Counted from the first letter of the whole stretch, positions 34,147 to 47,849 are shown. The stretch is DNA of 63,670 nt, filler included, from Stramenopiles sp. TOSAG23-2 (GCA_900128395.1; 22 parts of 22 records of this genome joined end to end with filler, not necessarily neighbours in it), one strand, 5' to 3'. Notes: generated by a model not told the origin, from the letters alone. Made by a program: numbers and translations.

Positions 34147-35452
34147 TCTCACTAACATATAAACATTTCATACTTGGCTCCTCAACATCCCAATATTCCC
34201 GAACACTTGAAAATCCAATTGGATATAAGTAATTTTCCGAATGATACTTCTGAATTATATTGATATCTCCTGGTAATAGACCAAAGTTTTGGAAGGTAAT
34301 TGGACCAATGCGAAATGGAAACGATTGTCGTATCAACTGTGAGTTTGAATGTTCATGAATAATTCTTAGACATGGCAAAACACCTTCTAAGTTTAAATCT
34401 ATTACATAGTCCTCGTCATTTAGCCCAGTGTCATCATTAGCAGTATTGGCCATTTCTTCATCATCCGTATCGCTATCAGTGGCGTCATCATTTGTATCTT
34501 TTTTTTCTACTGCGGAAGAAGAAGAAGAAGTAGAAGATTTCGTTTTTTTACCGCCATTTGATATCCAACTTGTTTCTACACGTCGGTAATTAGCTGTAAC
34601 GACATGTACGCCGTAACATTGTTGACATCGGAAAGCACCAGCACAGCCAGATTCTTGATTGCCGCTCGCAACACGAGTCATAGGATTTCTCATACTCAAT
34701 TGAACTACCACTTTCTCCGATTTTGTAATACGCTTACCATCTACTTTGACAGGAATTGCTAATGGAAAATTGCAAAATTGACAATTTCCCATAAAATGTT
34801 CACCAAAAGTATTTTTGTTGTCTGCTGTAGTAATAACTTTGTCTCCAATTAACTGGAGACTTCTTGCTGCACCTTCTCTTCCGGACCATATGCACATTCC
34901 ACAGGTTAAACATTTTATAACATCACTTTGAACATTAAAATGTGCTTGACTACATCTACTACACCGCACAATATCTAAAGGTGGTAGATGATTCATTGGA
35001 CCAAAAAATAGTCCTAAATCCTCTCCCCTTTCTGTTTTTTTCTTCTCGACTATTGCCGATTGGTTTTTTTTCTTAACGTCTAGAGATCTTGCCCCTGCCG
35101 TTACTTCACATGTTTCTCTAAACAAAAAATCATTACTGTCAAGCTCTGGATCTTTTGGCCAACTGGCACTATAATCTGATATATAGGCCGGCCCTTGATT
35201 TTTGCCTGTGGGTGTTCCACTAGCATAAATTTCAAATCCAATAGTTACAAGTGATTTTTGTACATTTGTTTTAAGAGGAGGGGGTACTTTTGCTTGCACT
35301 GGTGCAGATATTTGTTGATTTGTTTTAGTGTCAGCAATTTTCTTCGTTGAATCTTGTGAAGGATTAATGTTATTATTATTTTCTTTATTTGTTGCAGGGA
35401 TGATCTTGGCAGCAATACCAGCATTTGTTGTAGTTGTCATGCTCGTCGTTGC

Positions 35453-35493
<41 letters not shown>

Positions 35494-38400
35494 CCACCGC
35501 CAAATTTGTTGGTAGTGGGGGTACCGCTATTGATGCTGTTACTGGTTCCATTTTTTCTAGAACTCCATTTGCGTTTAAATCAAATTTTGGAGAATTAAGA
35601 AGTTGTTTTGTAGCTTCTGGCATTTCAGAGATTGGCACTACTTTTGATTCTCGGCGCATTTTATTGGCAAGTTCACTTAAATTTTCTTTTGCTATTTTAA
35701 TACTATCGCCAGATAAAAAAAAGCGACAGTTTAACTTCACCCCATCAGACCACCTATGTTTTCCTTTAATAAATGATACCATACCCATTGCTTTCCAAAC
35801 ACTTAGTATATCATTCATTCGTCTCCTAGCATTGTCAAGAACAACATTATCGCCTTTAATTGAATGTAAACAATCCGCCCATTGCAGGACTGGGTTCGTC
35901 TCAATGCCCGATTTCACTGCTTCCGTAACCAGGTGATCTAGTAGTTGAATAGATATATCTTCCAAATTCATTCCATGTCTACCAGGTTCCGATAAAATGG
36001 CAAGCTCTGGAATTGGCTCAGTGCTACCACTACGCGCTTTTTCTCGCATTAACGTAAGTCGCGTCTCCACATCAGCAAAACCATTCCATTTAAACAACGG
36101 GATATGTTTTTTTCGCCGGTTTACATCAATGACTCTACCAACAACACCCAAAGCTATTAACGCATACACCACATCGTATGTTTTACGAAGAGAAAAACTA
36201 CCAAGCACAGCATAAAATTTTTCGACGACGCCATTTGTACCCCAATCATTTACTTGAAATTTAAATAATTTATCTGGGAATGTAATTTTTTTCTCTGCGT
36301 GTGTTTTTTCCATGTATTCAACTAGTAAGCTAGTCAATGGGGCTATAAGAGCTCGCACTGTACTTTTAGGGTATTTTGCCACTTGCTTTGCAACTGCATC
36401 TTTCACCGTTTTAGTCCCACCAGATTTATTTTTTTGAGCTTTTACCGCACTTTTTCTTTTATGAATTTTCTTCAAAGCTGGTTCATTTTTATGTTCGCTA
36501 TCAGGTATTAAATCTTGTATAATGGAGGATGCCGGCACTTGCTTCAAGTCTTTTGGTCCACCTTGTTTTTGTTCTTCCTCTGCGGCTTTAAGCAATGATT
36601 TGCCAACCTCATCATACAAAGTTAAAACTTTTTTGCTTTCTGCATTTGCTTCATTTTCACTTGGGAAAAAACCAATGCAATAAATATTCCTACCTTTACG
36701 AATATTTCCACTCCATTGCTGCATAATTTTGTCATACTGTACCACAATTTTAGACAGTTGCTTCGCTACTTTCGGCTTGGCAGTATCATTTGTTTTGTTA
36801 TCATTATCACCAACCACTTTTGATTCTTCTGCTAACTTCTCACCATTTGCTATCTTCTTCGTTTGTTCAGCGTCGACATCCATTTTTTCTGGTGCAACTC
36901 CAACTTCAGCTTTAGAGAATTCCGTTTTCTTTTCGACAGTATCAATTTTCATCGGCGTTTCAATTGCTGTTACATCATTCTCCGATTTCGATATAGCTGG
37001 CTCAATTTTTGCTGCCCCTGTTTCACTCGCTGCCACCATTGCCCCTTCTGTCGCTACTTTAGCTTTCTCCGCCTCTTCTTTTGCTTTCTTGTCGGCTTCT
37101 AGCTTCGCCGCTTCCTGCCTACGATCCCGAATATACTCAAACACTTTTTTACCTGCTGCTTTATTCACATTGATGCTGCGTTGTTTTGCGCCGCGGAACG
37201 CAAGTCGTCGTGAAAAATACTTAAGCCTCTCTTCGCGGTTTTCAATAGTACTTTGAACCTCTGACAAAGCTAACGCTTCGTCGCATAAAAATCGTAACAT
37301 TTCGAACCTTTCAAGTGGTGTCAAGTCATCATAATTATTTTGCGATAATCGCGCGGCAATTTTATAACACCATTGAGTTGTACGATCACCTACATATCCA
37401 TCGTTACCAGGCTCTAATCTAACTGCATTTAAATCTGAATTATTCGAATTCGACTTTCTTTTCTTGGCTTCTTGTATTTTCCTTACTACATCCCTATCAC
37501 TTGCTTCCAAATCATCCCCTTCAGCATTATATTCATACCCATCAGGCGTCCCTTTTAGCTCAGCATATCGCCTTAGCCATTGTCTTTTTGCCAAGTATAA
37601 CCTCTTATATTTTTCACTGGTAAGTCGATAGTTATGTGTTGCCATTATTTGATCTATGGTTGAGTAGACATCTTCAGCGGTAAATCTCTCATCCTGTCTA
37701 AGTTTTCTTACATACATGGAATTATTACCTAGCTTCACAACCTTCCCATTATAACCATAAAGCATTATCTCAACATAATCCTCCTCCTCCTCCTCTTCTT
37801 TTTCTTCTTCTTCCGCGTCGCCTTCTTTTTTCCTATTTCTACTGCTTCGTTTAGGCTTTTTAGGCTTTTTTGGTTTTTGTGGTTGCTTCAACAGTTCACC
37901 AGGCCACATAGGAGCAGTTTTTGTATGGCGTGCAAAACACAAGTGGCCGGATAGTTTAGGTTTAAGTTCCTCACTTTCCATGAAATTATCGGCATCCACA
38001 TTATTAGCTTTTGGTGCGTCAGCAGGTATGCCTCTAAATAGAAATGGAGATTGTATATCATCAACCTTTTTTAACGCTTCTTGGAATTTTCCCATTGATA
38101 GAGTAATTTCTAATTGATTTTTGCCTAGTACAATAACCTGATTCCCTTTTTTCTTGAGAACGACAGCAAGTGCCCCATTTGCAAGCATAATAGGTCTACC
38201 AACATGTGTGAATTTTTTCTCAACACCATTAGCGGCAGTTGCCGTCGTCGTCGTAGTAGTAGTCGTAGTAGTAGTAGACGTTTCAATAACTTCTTCAAGC
38301 TCCATTTCGATCCCACTATCATCCGCAATGTCCTCCGCATCTTCTTCCTCTTCTACCGGTGGCTTATCTTTATCTTTTCTATCCTCCATGGCGATATACC

Positions 38401-40549
38401 TTCCGTTTACATCCTCTTCCATTTGCTTTAAAATGACATATAACTCCTCCCATGAGACTTGTTCTATCGCATTGGTTGGCTCATAAATTAAGTTATACAA
38501 CCCATTTTGCTCGAGAGAATCAATTCTACCCATCAATGGCTCTGGCATGCCTGCAATATTTCTTGTGATTTGCTTACCGATATACCTCTGTGATCTAGCT
38601 GCTTCTTCTTGCATATCATCGCTTAGGTTGACTTTCTTCGTTGATAGTTTTGATCGTTTTGCTAATGATGTATATGCATCATTCTTTTTACTATAAACAC
38701 ATATAAAATCATTTTTTGGCACTTTCTTTAATCTTGGCTTTACACAATGTAAATGAAATTCTCCATCGCATTCTTCACATATAATTACAGGATTACTTTT
38801 TGACGCAGCACAATTACAAACCCAACATAAACCATTTTCAAAACTTCTAACCCATGGCGGAAAACCAAACCATTCATCATATGGTGCTTTAGATTTTGCA
38901 TTTTTACTGCTGCTACCGTCATTATTGAACACTTTTTCATATTCTCCTTCGAAGATTTTAGAAAGCGTTTGCATTTCCACAACGACATTATCGTAACGAC
39001 CTTGACAATACGTTAAACAATTAGACCATACGGTTTGCACATCGCTTAAAAATGCTCGTTCGGTATCATAAGCAGATACCATAATTTTATCATAAACGAC
39101 ACGCAAATCAATTGGTGTTTTAATGTATTTTCGATAATCTCTATCATCAACTGGATGGCAAAATCCCATTAAATTCACTTCGTCAACGTAATACTTCCGC
39201 ACTGTTTCAAACGTTGACATTAGCACGGCATAACACAAACGTGACGTTTCGCTTAACTTCATAAGGCAACGCCGATGGTATGCAATTTGAGACGTTTCCG
39301 CTGTATCAAGAGTATATTCATCATTGTCTATTGTCCATCGGGTTTCACCTTCATCATGAAACGAAATCCTATACATGATATTATACACCATGTCTGTTGC
39401 TAAACGCTTTGCAATTTCCCAAGAATGTGGATCATTTTGATCAATTACATTTATTGCTGAGCGTAGGCGAAATTGGGCATACTCGTTCAGCGCGGCGCTT
39501 ATACTGCCCTTGGAACGCTTGCCAGACCTTTCTTGGACTAAATACGTTATTGTTGATTTCAGTTTTGACAGGATAGTTTTATGCGTAACAATATCAGGCA
39601 ATCCTAAAATTAGTTTAGCCCAACCATATGAAACCTTTGTAAAATCAATGCAATTTTCTTCAGGGCCAAACATTTGATGGTCCTTGTGCTCATAATACCA
39701 GCCTAAACCTTCCCCACAAGACGATAGCATTCTTACAGATCCTGTAGGAGAGATAGCCTCTTCCTCTTCCTCTTCTTCCTCTTCTTCCTCTTCTTCGATT
39801 TCGTCTTCCTCTTCTTCCTCATCTAACAACATATCGGAGTTACTGATAGAACTTTCAAGGGATTTTTGTAAAACTTTCATCACTAAATCATCCATTTCTA
39901 CGACTTTTTTATTGATAACGCTGGAAAATCTTGACAATTCTGCAGCAGAAGCGGGCTTACCTGGGCAATTATCAAATGCTTCTTTAACACCTTTGTCTAA
40001 TTGAAAAAACCTTTCTTTTGACGCTGTGTTTCTATATGGTCGAGTGCTTACAATAATTAAATACAAATACTGACGAAAAATTTCAGGCCATGTCAATACA
40101 TTAACATTTCTGCGCATAACACCAAAATTTTCTGCTGTATCTTCCTCATCTTCATATTGCGCTGAATCACTTATAACTTGTAAGAGAGCGCGTAAAAGTC
40201 TGGTATGCACAGCATCTAACCACGCTCGATCTTCTAATGGCGCATTTTTTGGATCTTGCAAGAGCATATTTAATTTTTCAAGACTTATATTTTCTTTAAA
40301 TTCCCCTCGTTTTGATAGAAATCCATCGGGTGGATGAATATCATTATCAGCATCCTCTTCATCGGCTGATGTATCATAGTCACTATCACTTGTATCAAGC
40401 GCTTCCTCCATTTCTTCCTCGTTCTCAAACGGAAATTCCTCAATCTCCTCATCACTTTCGTTTTCCTTTTTTTCTTTCCCTTCTTCATTGTTATTATTAT
40501 TATTGTCGCTGTTGTTATTGCTGTTGTTGTTGTTGCCATTGTTATTATT
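34121..40549 (-). CDS. Giant BAZ/MBD9-like chromatin protein: DDT(C-part)-bromo-PHD-Tudor-PWWP-WHIM1-AP2-2xE2F-type winged helix-Zn knuckles-FYRN (both ends truncated)
   Basis: ISLEKL..VHTRLLRAL..LTWPEIFRQYL; FCHPVD..YRKYIKTPIDL..VWSNCLTY; CWVC..CEECDGEFHLHC; PMWPG; YDDLTPLERFEMLRFLCD; WSGNIRKGRNIYCIGFFPSENEA; RKTYDVVYAL..PLFKWNG; RRRMNDILSV; YPIGFSSVREYW. Frame is open to the scaffold end. Confidence 0.88.
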
Positions 40550-40649
40550 NNNNNNNNNNNNNNNNNNNNNNNNNNNNNNNNNNNNNNNNNNNNTTAATTA
40601 ATTAANNNNNNNNNNNNNNNNNNNNNNNNNNNNNNNNNNNNNNNNNNNN

Positions 40650-41221
40650 TGTTTGGTGTTTTACATGTACATAACAATGTTTCCTTGAATGATTCTATAA
40701 ATAAATTAAATCTTGTGATAAATATAAATATTGAAAATATTTGAACAAGAACTGACAATCCGACACCAATATATATTTCGTTTACAAATGTGCCATTATC
40801 ATTCAATGTAGCTGAGTAAAAATCTGGAAAAACATGCAAAGGATACATAATAATACGAGAAAGAAAATAAATCACAAAACACATATGGTGAGCAATGGCA
40901 GAGTGTGGTTTTAAAAATTTAATATGAATAAATACAGCACCAACTTCAGACCAAAACATTGGCATATAAAAAAATGTCATTCTAGATGGCATTTTATGTT
41001 TACCATATCCATATATAAAAACAAGCATAACACTGATATGGTGAATTAGTATATCATATTCTTTAAGACGAATAGACCAAAAGCAATCTTGAAAATAATA
41101 TACAATTGAAAATATTAAATAAGCATCAAGTAAATTAATTGTAAGATGGTTTGTTTCCGAATAGTCAATTCCAATAAATATTTCCTTTAAATCTTCCGTC
41201 TCACCATTGATACTAAAATAT
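40650..41221 (-). CDS. Second TLC-domain membrane protein (fragment)
   Basis: YYFQDCF...ILIHHISV, FWSEVGAVF and YFLSRII. The frame extends upstream of the track ORF to a stop near 41222; no start found. Confidence 0.72.
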
Positions 41222-41657
41222 TATTTACCTTTATATTGGGTACGTTTCCTTACCTATTTTGGAAATGTGTGTTTCAATTTACTTTGTCTCATGGTTTCTT
41301 TCCTGGTTTGCTTTTCTTTTTATCCACAGTAACCATTTCTGATTGTTTCATTATTGATTTCAATGGAATATTCGATGTATTTATTTTTACATTTCTTCTA
41401 TATGGAATATTCGATGTATCTTATGTGATGAGAGTTAGAGTGAGGTTAAGGTTTTTCTCTTTGGAATTATTAGTTTTATAGTCGGAACGTCGGAACACAC
41501 TAACACGGTTTTAAGGATTCTGAATTTCGGCGAATCGGTCCCCCATCCCCTTAACCTTTCAACTTAAACTGGAGGATCCCCGTGTATGTCCCCAACAATA
41601 TAAATAATCGTGCAATCATCATCCCATATCTTAATCTCATCTTAATTAAATACAAAC

Positions 41658-42702
41658 ATGAAAGAGTATATATATATGATAAAGAATGTATCAACACGTT
41701 TTACACCATTCATCCTATAATTTTATTTTATTGTACAGGAGAAAGAGGAGGGTAAGAACTTCTTCTTCCTCCTCCACATTTAGGAGAGAGGCAAAGAAAT
41801 GGTGTACATATTGTAAAATATTTATTGGATCGAATGCAGCGGACATTAGCCACCATGAAAAAGGTTGGCGTCATAAAAATAATGTACAGCGATATTTGAA
41901 AAAACAATTAGTTGGTGGTAAAAAGAGGCCACGAAATAATAACAATGATAACAAAAAGAAAGAAAAAGATAATGATAATAGTGTAAATAAAGAACCTGAA
42001 ATAGAATTCAAACATGACGTGGGCTATTACGTAGTTGATGGAAGACCATATTTAGAAGCGGAATATCATCAAGATTTACTGAAAGTGCATGGTGTATTGG
42101 CAGAAGCCGTATATCCAGGGACAGATGATTGGCTTCCAATAACAATTTCACATAAAAATGTAACTCATTTAGGAGAAGGTTTAACAGAAAAAGTTTTGGT
42201 GATTTTTTTTACACAGGAAAATAAGGAGTTATTTATCCCAGTAGAAGATATTCGTTTGCCTGTTGCCCCGCCGCCACCACCACGTAATACAACAAACAAT
42301 GTAAAAACACAATTAAATGATGAGGGTTTGATGTTTTCTGAAAATAAAGATACTTCAACAGGATTAGGTATGTGGAAGACAACAGTAATTATTGAATCGG
42401 AGGAAGAAAATAGTGATGACAACGATGAGCATACTATTGGAAATGGTGGTGATAAAGATGAGGATCCATATGATACAGGTGGTGGAGCAGATGATTATGT
42501 TGTTCAAGGTACATATAGAGGTGTAAAATTAGATGATAAAAAAATGGAAAATATTAAAACAACAACTAATAATGTGGTTACCAACAACTGATGTTTGTTA
42601 ATATGTCGAGGGCTATCATAATTTCGTCAATCAGCCGTATTTAAAAAACGAAAGAAGAAAAAGCAGAGAAAAGGTAATATACGGAAGTCTGCTTTGAATT
42701 AG
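41658..42702 (+). CDS. U1/matrin-type zinc-finger protein (WBP4/FBP21-like, no WW seen); intron 41666-41738
   Basis: WCTYCKIFI....ISHHEKGWRHKNNVQRYL. ATGAAAGA|GT...TACAG|G splices in frame (MKERKRR). The tail VFKKRKKKK...GNIRK* is in the same frame beyond two stops (42589, ~42619). Confidence 0.78.
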
Positions 42703-43197
42703 AATAAAGTTATTTTTATAACACACACACTATATATATATATACACACGGCACGACCAGATATATGATATATACCAAGAGAGAAGTCTACACTTCGGAT
42801 CTAGAATATTAAAAGTTTAATTATGATATCATAATATTAACATGCGTATTTTTGAAACGTAGGAATTAATCATGAGAGTGTAAAATTAAAAAAAAATAAA
42901 TACTCGTATTTTTTAATAATGCGGCGTCCTCTCGTATGTACATCATATATATAATTTTCTCTTATTCATATATTATATAGAGTATATAATACTCGCACGA
43001 GTTCGTATAAAATCTTAAATATACTCGTGTACGTATTAATTACGAACGTATTACGAGTATTAAAAAATAAAAGCATTTTTCATGCATTTATTCGCGTACA
43101 AAACATCAAAATATTATCATACACAACACTGTATAAATATTTTACAAAAAATTATACCGCAGCGTCACATGTGTTGCATGTATCATACGTATATCTT

Positions 43198-46100
43198 TTA
43201 CTCTCTCGGGGTTATATACCCAGCAGGCCTTTCAAAAACACTCTCACCACTAACTTGATTGTAATAAAAATAATTTTGTGTATTATCATCATAATATCTT
43301 GCCCATTCTCCGCCACCACCACCAGGAACATCAAAAACAACTTGACCATTTCTTGGCGTTGGTGCTGGAGTACTAAATTCCGGTGGTCGATCATACGTTG
43401 ATACACCAGTAAGTTCATGGAAATAAAATTCACTCTCATTATCATCATCCCAGAATTTTTGCCATCCTCCAGTACCTGTTTCCAACGCTTGTTGATTTTG
43501 CCTAGGTGTTGGAGCTGGCGTAGTTTGAGGTGTGGCAAAACCAGCAGGTCTATCAAATGTAGACACAGCTGTACGTCTCATCATCCCAGAATTTTTGCCA
43601 TCCTCCAGTACCTGTTTCCAACGCTTGTTGATTTTGCCTAGGTGTCGGAGCTGGCGTAGTTTGAGGTGTGGCAAAACCAGCAGGTCTATCAAATGTAGAC
43701 ACAGCTGTACGTCTATTGTAAAAATAATGCATGTTGAATTCATCACTCCAATGCTTTTCCCATCCAGAATTCCCATCTGTAAGCAATGCTTGCTCACCTT
43801 CACGTGGCGTTGGCGTTGGCGTGACAAAAGAAGCTGGGCGGACGTAAGTACTTTCTCCTGACTTTGAATTGTAATAAAAGTAAACATTATTTTCCTCATC
43901 TTTATGTTTACCCCATGCCTTTGCTTCTTCTGGATCAACCTCTTCTTCTTTTTCATCAGCAACAGAACGATAAGACATTGGACGTTCATATGTGCTTTCA
44001 GAGCTTTCTGTGTTGAAATAAAAGAATGCCCCGCTAGCTTCATCCCAGTATTTATTCCATTTTTGTATTTGATCCAATGGTAATGCCAACGAAGCAGGGT
44101 TTTGATCAGCACGGCGATTACTTCTAGGATCATCTCCAAGTTTATGCCAACCGTACATTTCATCTTGTGTAATTTCACTTGGCCATTTGGATGGAAATTC
44201 ACCATCACCATAATCGACTCGTTTCTTGTAATAATCATATAGACAACGGAATCTATGTTTTTTCCTTTTGCCACCAAAATGTACGGCATCCCAACATTCT
44301 TGGCAATAAAATTCATGGCATTCTCCACATTCAACAATTGCTTCAGTAGTTTCACAATTATCACATGGTGGTCTGGGATCTAAATCTAACAACATTTGTG
44401 GTTTACGCCAACGGATTTCTCCTGTATTCATATTATAGTAAAATGGCCTTTGCTGGTCTTCATCAAACATAGTTTTCCATCGCATAGCAACTTCTACTTG
44501 CCTTGCTTTAAATCGTTGACGGCCTAGCTTACCACGGAATGTCTTTTGGACTTTAATTGCAGCCCATTCTTCTAAATTTTCTTGCTTTTTACGTGCGATT
44601 ACCACTTTTTGCTGTTGTTTTTTATATTCATTACGACCCTTATGACCACGGTAAATTCGCTGTAATTTTCTAGCTGCTGCCTCTCTTTCTTTTGCCTCTT
44701 CCGCTCGCGCTGCACGTATCAACATCATCGCCATCTTACCTTGCCTCATACGCCATGCATTTTGTATCCTAATCGCAGCTTTTTCCTCTTGTTCTGCACG
44801 CAAAGCTGATTTTTTCATATACATAGCCATTCTGCCAGTACGTGCACGATATATACTTTGGATTTTAATAGCAGCTTTCTCACGTTCTTTTGCTTCACGA
44901 ATTTTTGCTTGGCGCAAATGCCTTGCTTTCATACCACGGAAATGCGCTTGCAATTTAATTGCAGCAGCTTCTTCTTCGTTCGCATGCTCCATTTTTGCTT
45001 TTTTCTTTTTTAACATTTTTTTCCTAGCCAATCTACCTCTGTAAATAGTTTGTAATTTACTTGCTGCCCTTTCCTGCTCTTGTTCAGCAGCAATTTTCGC
45101 AGCACGCGCAAGTGCAAATGCTTGACGACCTTCTCTTGCTCTCCATGCTGATTGTATCATTATGGCAGCTTTAACTGCGCGTTTTCGATGTTCCTCGCGG
45201 GCTAATTTTGCCGCATGAGCAATTCCCCGGATCAATTTACCTCGCCATATTCTTTGTACGAGACAAGCAGCCCATACTTCTTTTTCATGCCATGCTTGTT
45301 CTTTCCTACGTTCTAATTCTTTTCTAGCTTGCCGTGCACGAAAGACATTTTGTATCATTCGAGCAGCTTCATCTTCCCTATTTCGTTGCATACGCTTCAA
45401 TGCAGCATATTGTCGCGCTTTTCTACCACGCCATCGTGCTTGAAGGTGACTTGCAACCCAATTTCGTAAATATTCCTCACGTTTTATAACCATCAATCTT
45501 CGTGCTTGTTTCGCTCGGTAGACAGATTGGATTTTAGTCACCGCTGCCCATAATGCGCCATATTCATCTATATGCCTTAAATCAGCACCTCGACGCACTG
45601 CTTTTAATCCAAAAAATTCATTTGTTCTTATCAATTCAACATGCGACCATGATTCTCTAATAGCTTTCATTCCACCGAACGATACTGGTGTTCCTGTTAT
45701 ATTTAATTTCAAAAGTGATGTGCAACGTTCTGCTAACCATGTACAGCCTGTATCAGTGACTTGCGATCTTTTCAAGTTCAAATCCCGAAGCCCAGGTGTC
45801 ATATTTGATTCAACAATTGCAAGCAATGAAAAATCAGTTAATCTTGTACATTCACTAACGTCTAAATCTAAAATACCCTTACAATAATGAACTAATCCTT
45901 GTATGGCGCCATCTGATAAATCATAACATTGCGACAAATTGACAGATGTTAAACCAGTTGATCGTTTAGCAACTGCTTTGACCGCTTCGCTATCTACTTT
46001 GCTACAACCGGAAAGACTAATAGTTTTTAAATTTGGACAATGCTTTGCAACAATCCTTAATGCTTTTGCATCGATGTTTTGGCATCCAGCTAAACGCAAT

Positions 46101-47521
46101 TCTGTCAATCCAGTGTTTGTTTTTGCTACAGCACCTAATGATTGTGCACCAACTTGAAAACAATTTGCTAAATTTAAACTCTTTAATGTTGTAATTTCTT
46201 TTGCCAAAGCTTGTAAACCTTCCAAACCAAAATCACGATCCATACCATTTGTTAATAAATATACACCTGAGAGTATTAGACGTTCTATTTTTTTACATCC
46301 TAACGCTAAATGCCTGACACCAACATCAGTAATTTGATTTACACCTGTTAAATCTAAATCCAACAATTCGCCCATACCTTCCGCTAAACATCTCATACCA
46401 GCATCATCTAACCTATCTAAACCATATAACTTTAATGTTTTCATGGCATGACAACCTTCTGTTAACCAATTTAAACCAGCATTTGTTAAATTTGTATTAC
46501 CAGTTAGATCTAAATACGTCATACCTTTACACCTTTCTCCAAGAGCTAACAATGCAACATCAGTTATTTTATATGGCATTGTTTTACGTGGCATTTTCAA
46601 TGTTTCTATCAATTGACAGCCTTTACTAATTTCTAAAATCCCTACATCCGAAATGATTGGATTGAAGGATACGTCCAAGTATACAATACTGGGACAATTA
46701 TTTCCTATTGATTTTAATATATAATCATCACATCTTTCACAATATGAGATATTTAAATATGTTAACTTTGAAAATTCAGCAATACGTTTTAATAACCACG
46801 GTTCTAATTTTCTATTTCCACTAATTGAAAGTTCTTGCATGTTTAAACAATTTTGCCCAAGTGCAATATATCCCATACCCTTTACATTTCCAGTATAGGA
46901 TAAATTTAACTTTCTTATATTTTTACAACCCATGGCCATAGCACGTATTCCAACATCCGTAATTTTTTTACAATGACTTAAATCTAGTTCTTCCAAAGTG
47001 GTGCAACCACGACCAAGCGCGGCAAGGCCATAGTCAGTGACCCGGTTAGCTGTGTTCATTTGCAATACCTTCACGCCTTCGTAGAATGAGGAGCTGCCAC
47101 CACCACCTTTAACTTGGCCAGCAGTAATCATTGTCATAGCATCTAAACCTTTTGCCTTTGCATCTTCCATAACTTGTCGACGAAAACTAGTAGATTCCTC
47201 AATGCGTTGTACGTTTCTAAAAGCCAAATGATGTAACGCTTCATCGTCTATAATACTAGACCATTGATTTAATCGTAAAAACTGACCTTCAAGCATAGCT
47301 TTAGGTATAGATGCATGTGCCATACCCATTTTTGAATTGAATTGTTTCATTATCATATCGGACTTTTTCATTTTTTTCTTCGTTTTCTTACCACTTCCTT
47401 TATCACTTCCTTTTTGTGAGCCCATGGGGGAGCCTATTGAACTGGATGGCGAGTTTGGTAATGGTGGATTGTCATTTCTAACATCGCCACCACCACCTTT
47501 AATATCTCCACCCCCAGGCAT
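43198..47521 (-). CDS. FBXL/AMN1-type LRR + multiple IQ + WW + B-box + WW-repeat protein
   Basis: Many Cys-containing LRRs (LDLSHCKKITDVG). About ten IQ motifs (IQSVYRA, LQARWRG, IQSAWRA). WW YYNMNTGEIRWRKP. B-box CDNC..ECGECHEFYCQECWDAVH..H. Further WW units. A 136-bp duplication breaks the frame; the likely true stop is at 43198. Confidence 0.9.
43443..43714. repeat. 136-bp tandem duplication (one substitution) causing a frameshift
   Basis: Copies start at 43443 and 43579 and differ at GGTGTTGG versus GGTGTCGG. Confidence 0.92.
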
Positions 47522-47658
47522 TTTGTGTTATCTGTCTATATATATATCGTCCGCTTACTCACGTCCGTTTTCCTTTTTGTTCTATCTTTCTATCTTTTTT
47601 ATGTTTCGTCTATAATGTATAGTTTATTTATTAATTATTTCTTTGTGATTATTATTTT

Positions 47659-47849
47659 ATGTGTATAAACAACAATTACAACATCGTAACGTATACATCA
47701 AAATTTCCTCTTTTCCGTAATCTATCAGCTCTATATTATGCATGTCCCACTGGGCAATCGTTGTGTGGAGGCAGATTAAATGTGTATAAACAACAATTAC
47801 AACATCGTAACGTATACATCAAAATTTCCTCTTTTCCGTAATCTATCAG
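47659..47849. repeat. 70-bp direct repeat separated by 51 bp of unique sequence
   Basis: 47659-47728 is identical to 47780-47849. Confidence 0.9.

Noticed and set aside
41236-41600. Possible mobile-element relic upstream of the second TLC fragment
   Set aside because: Only short stop-interrupted frames and small repeats are present, with no diagnostic motif.
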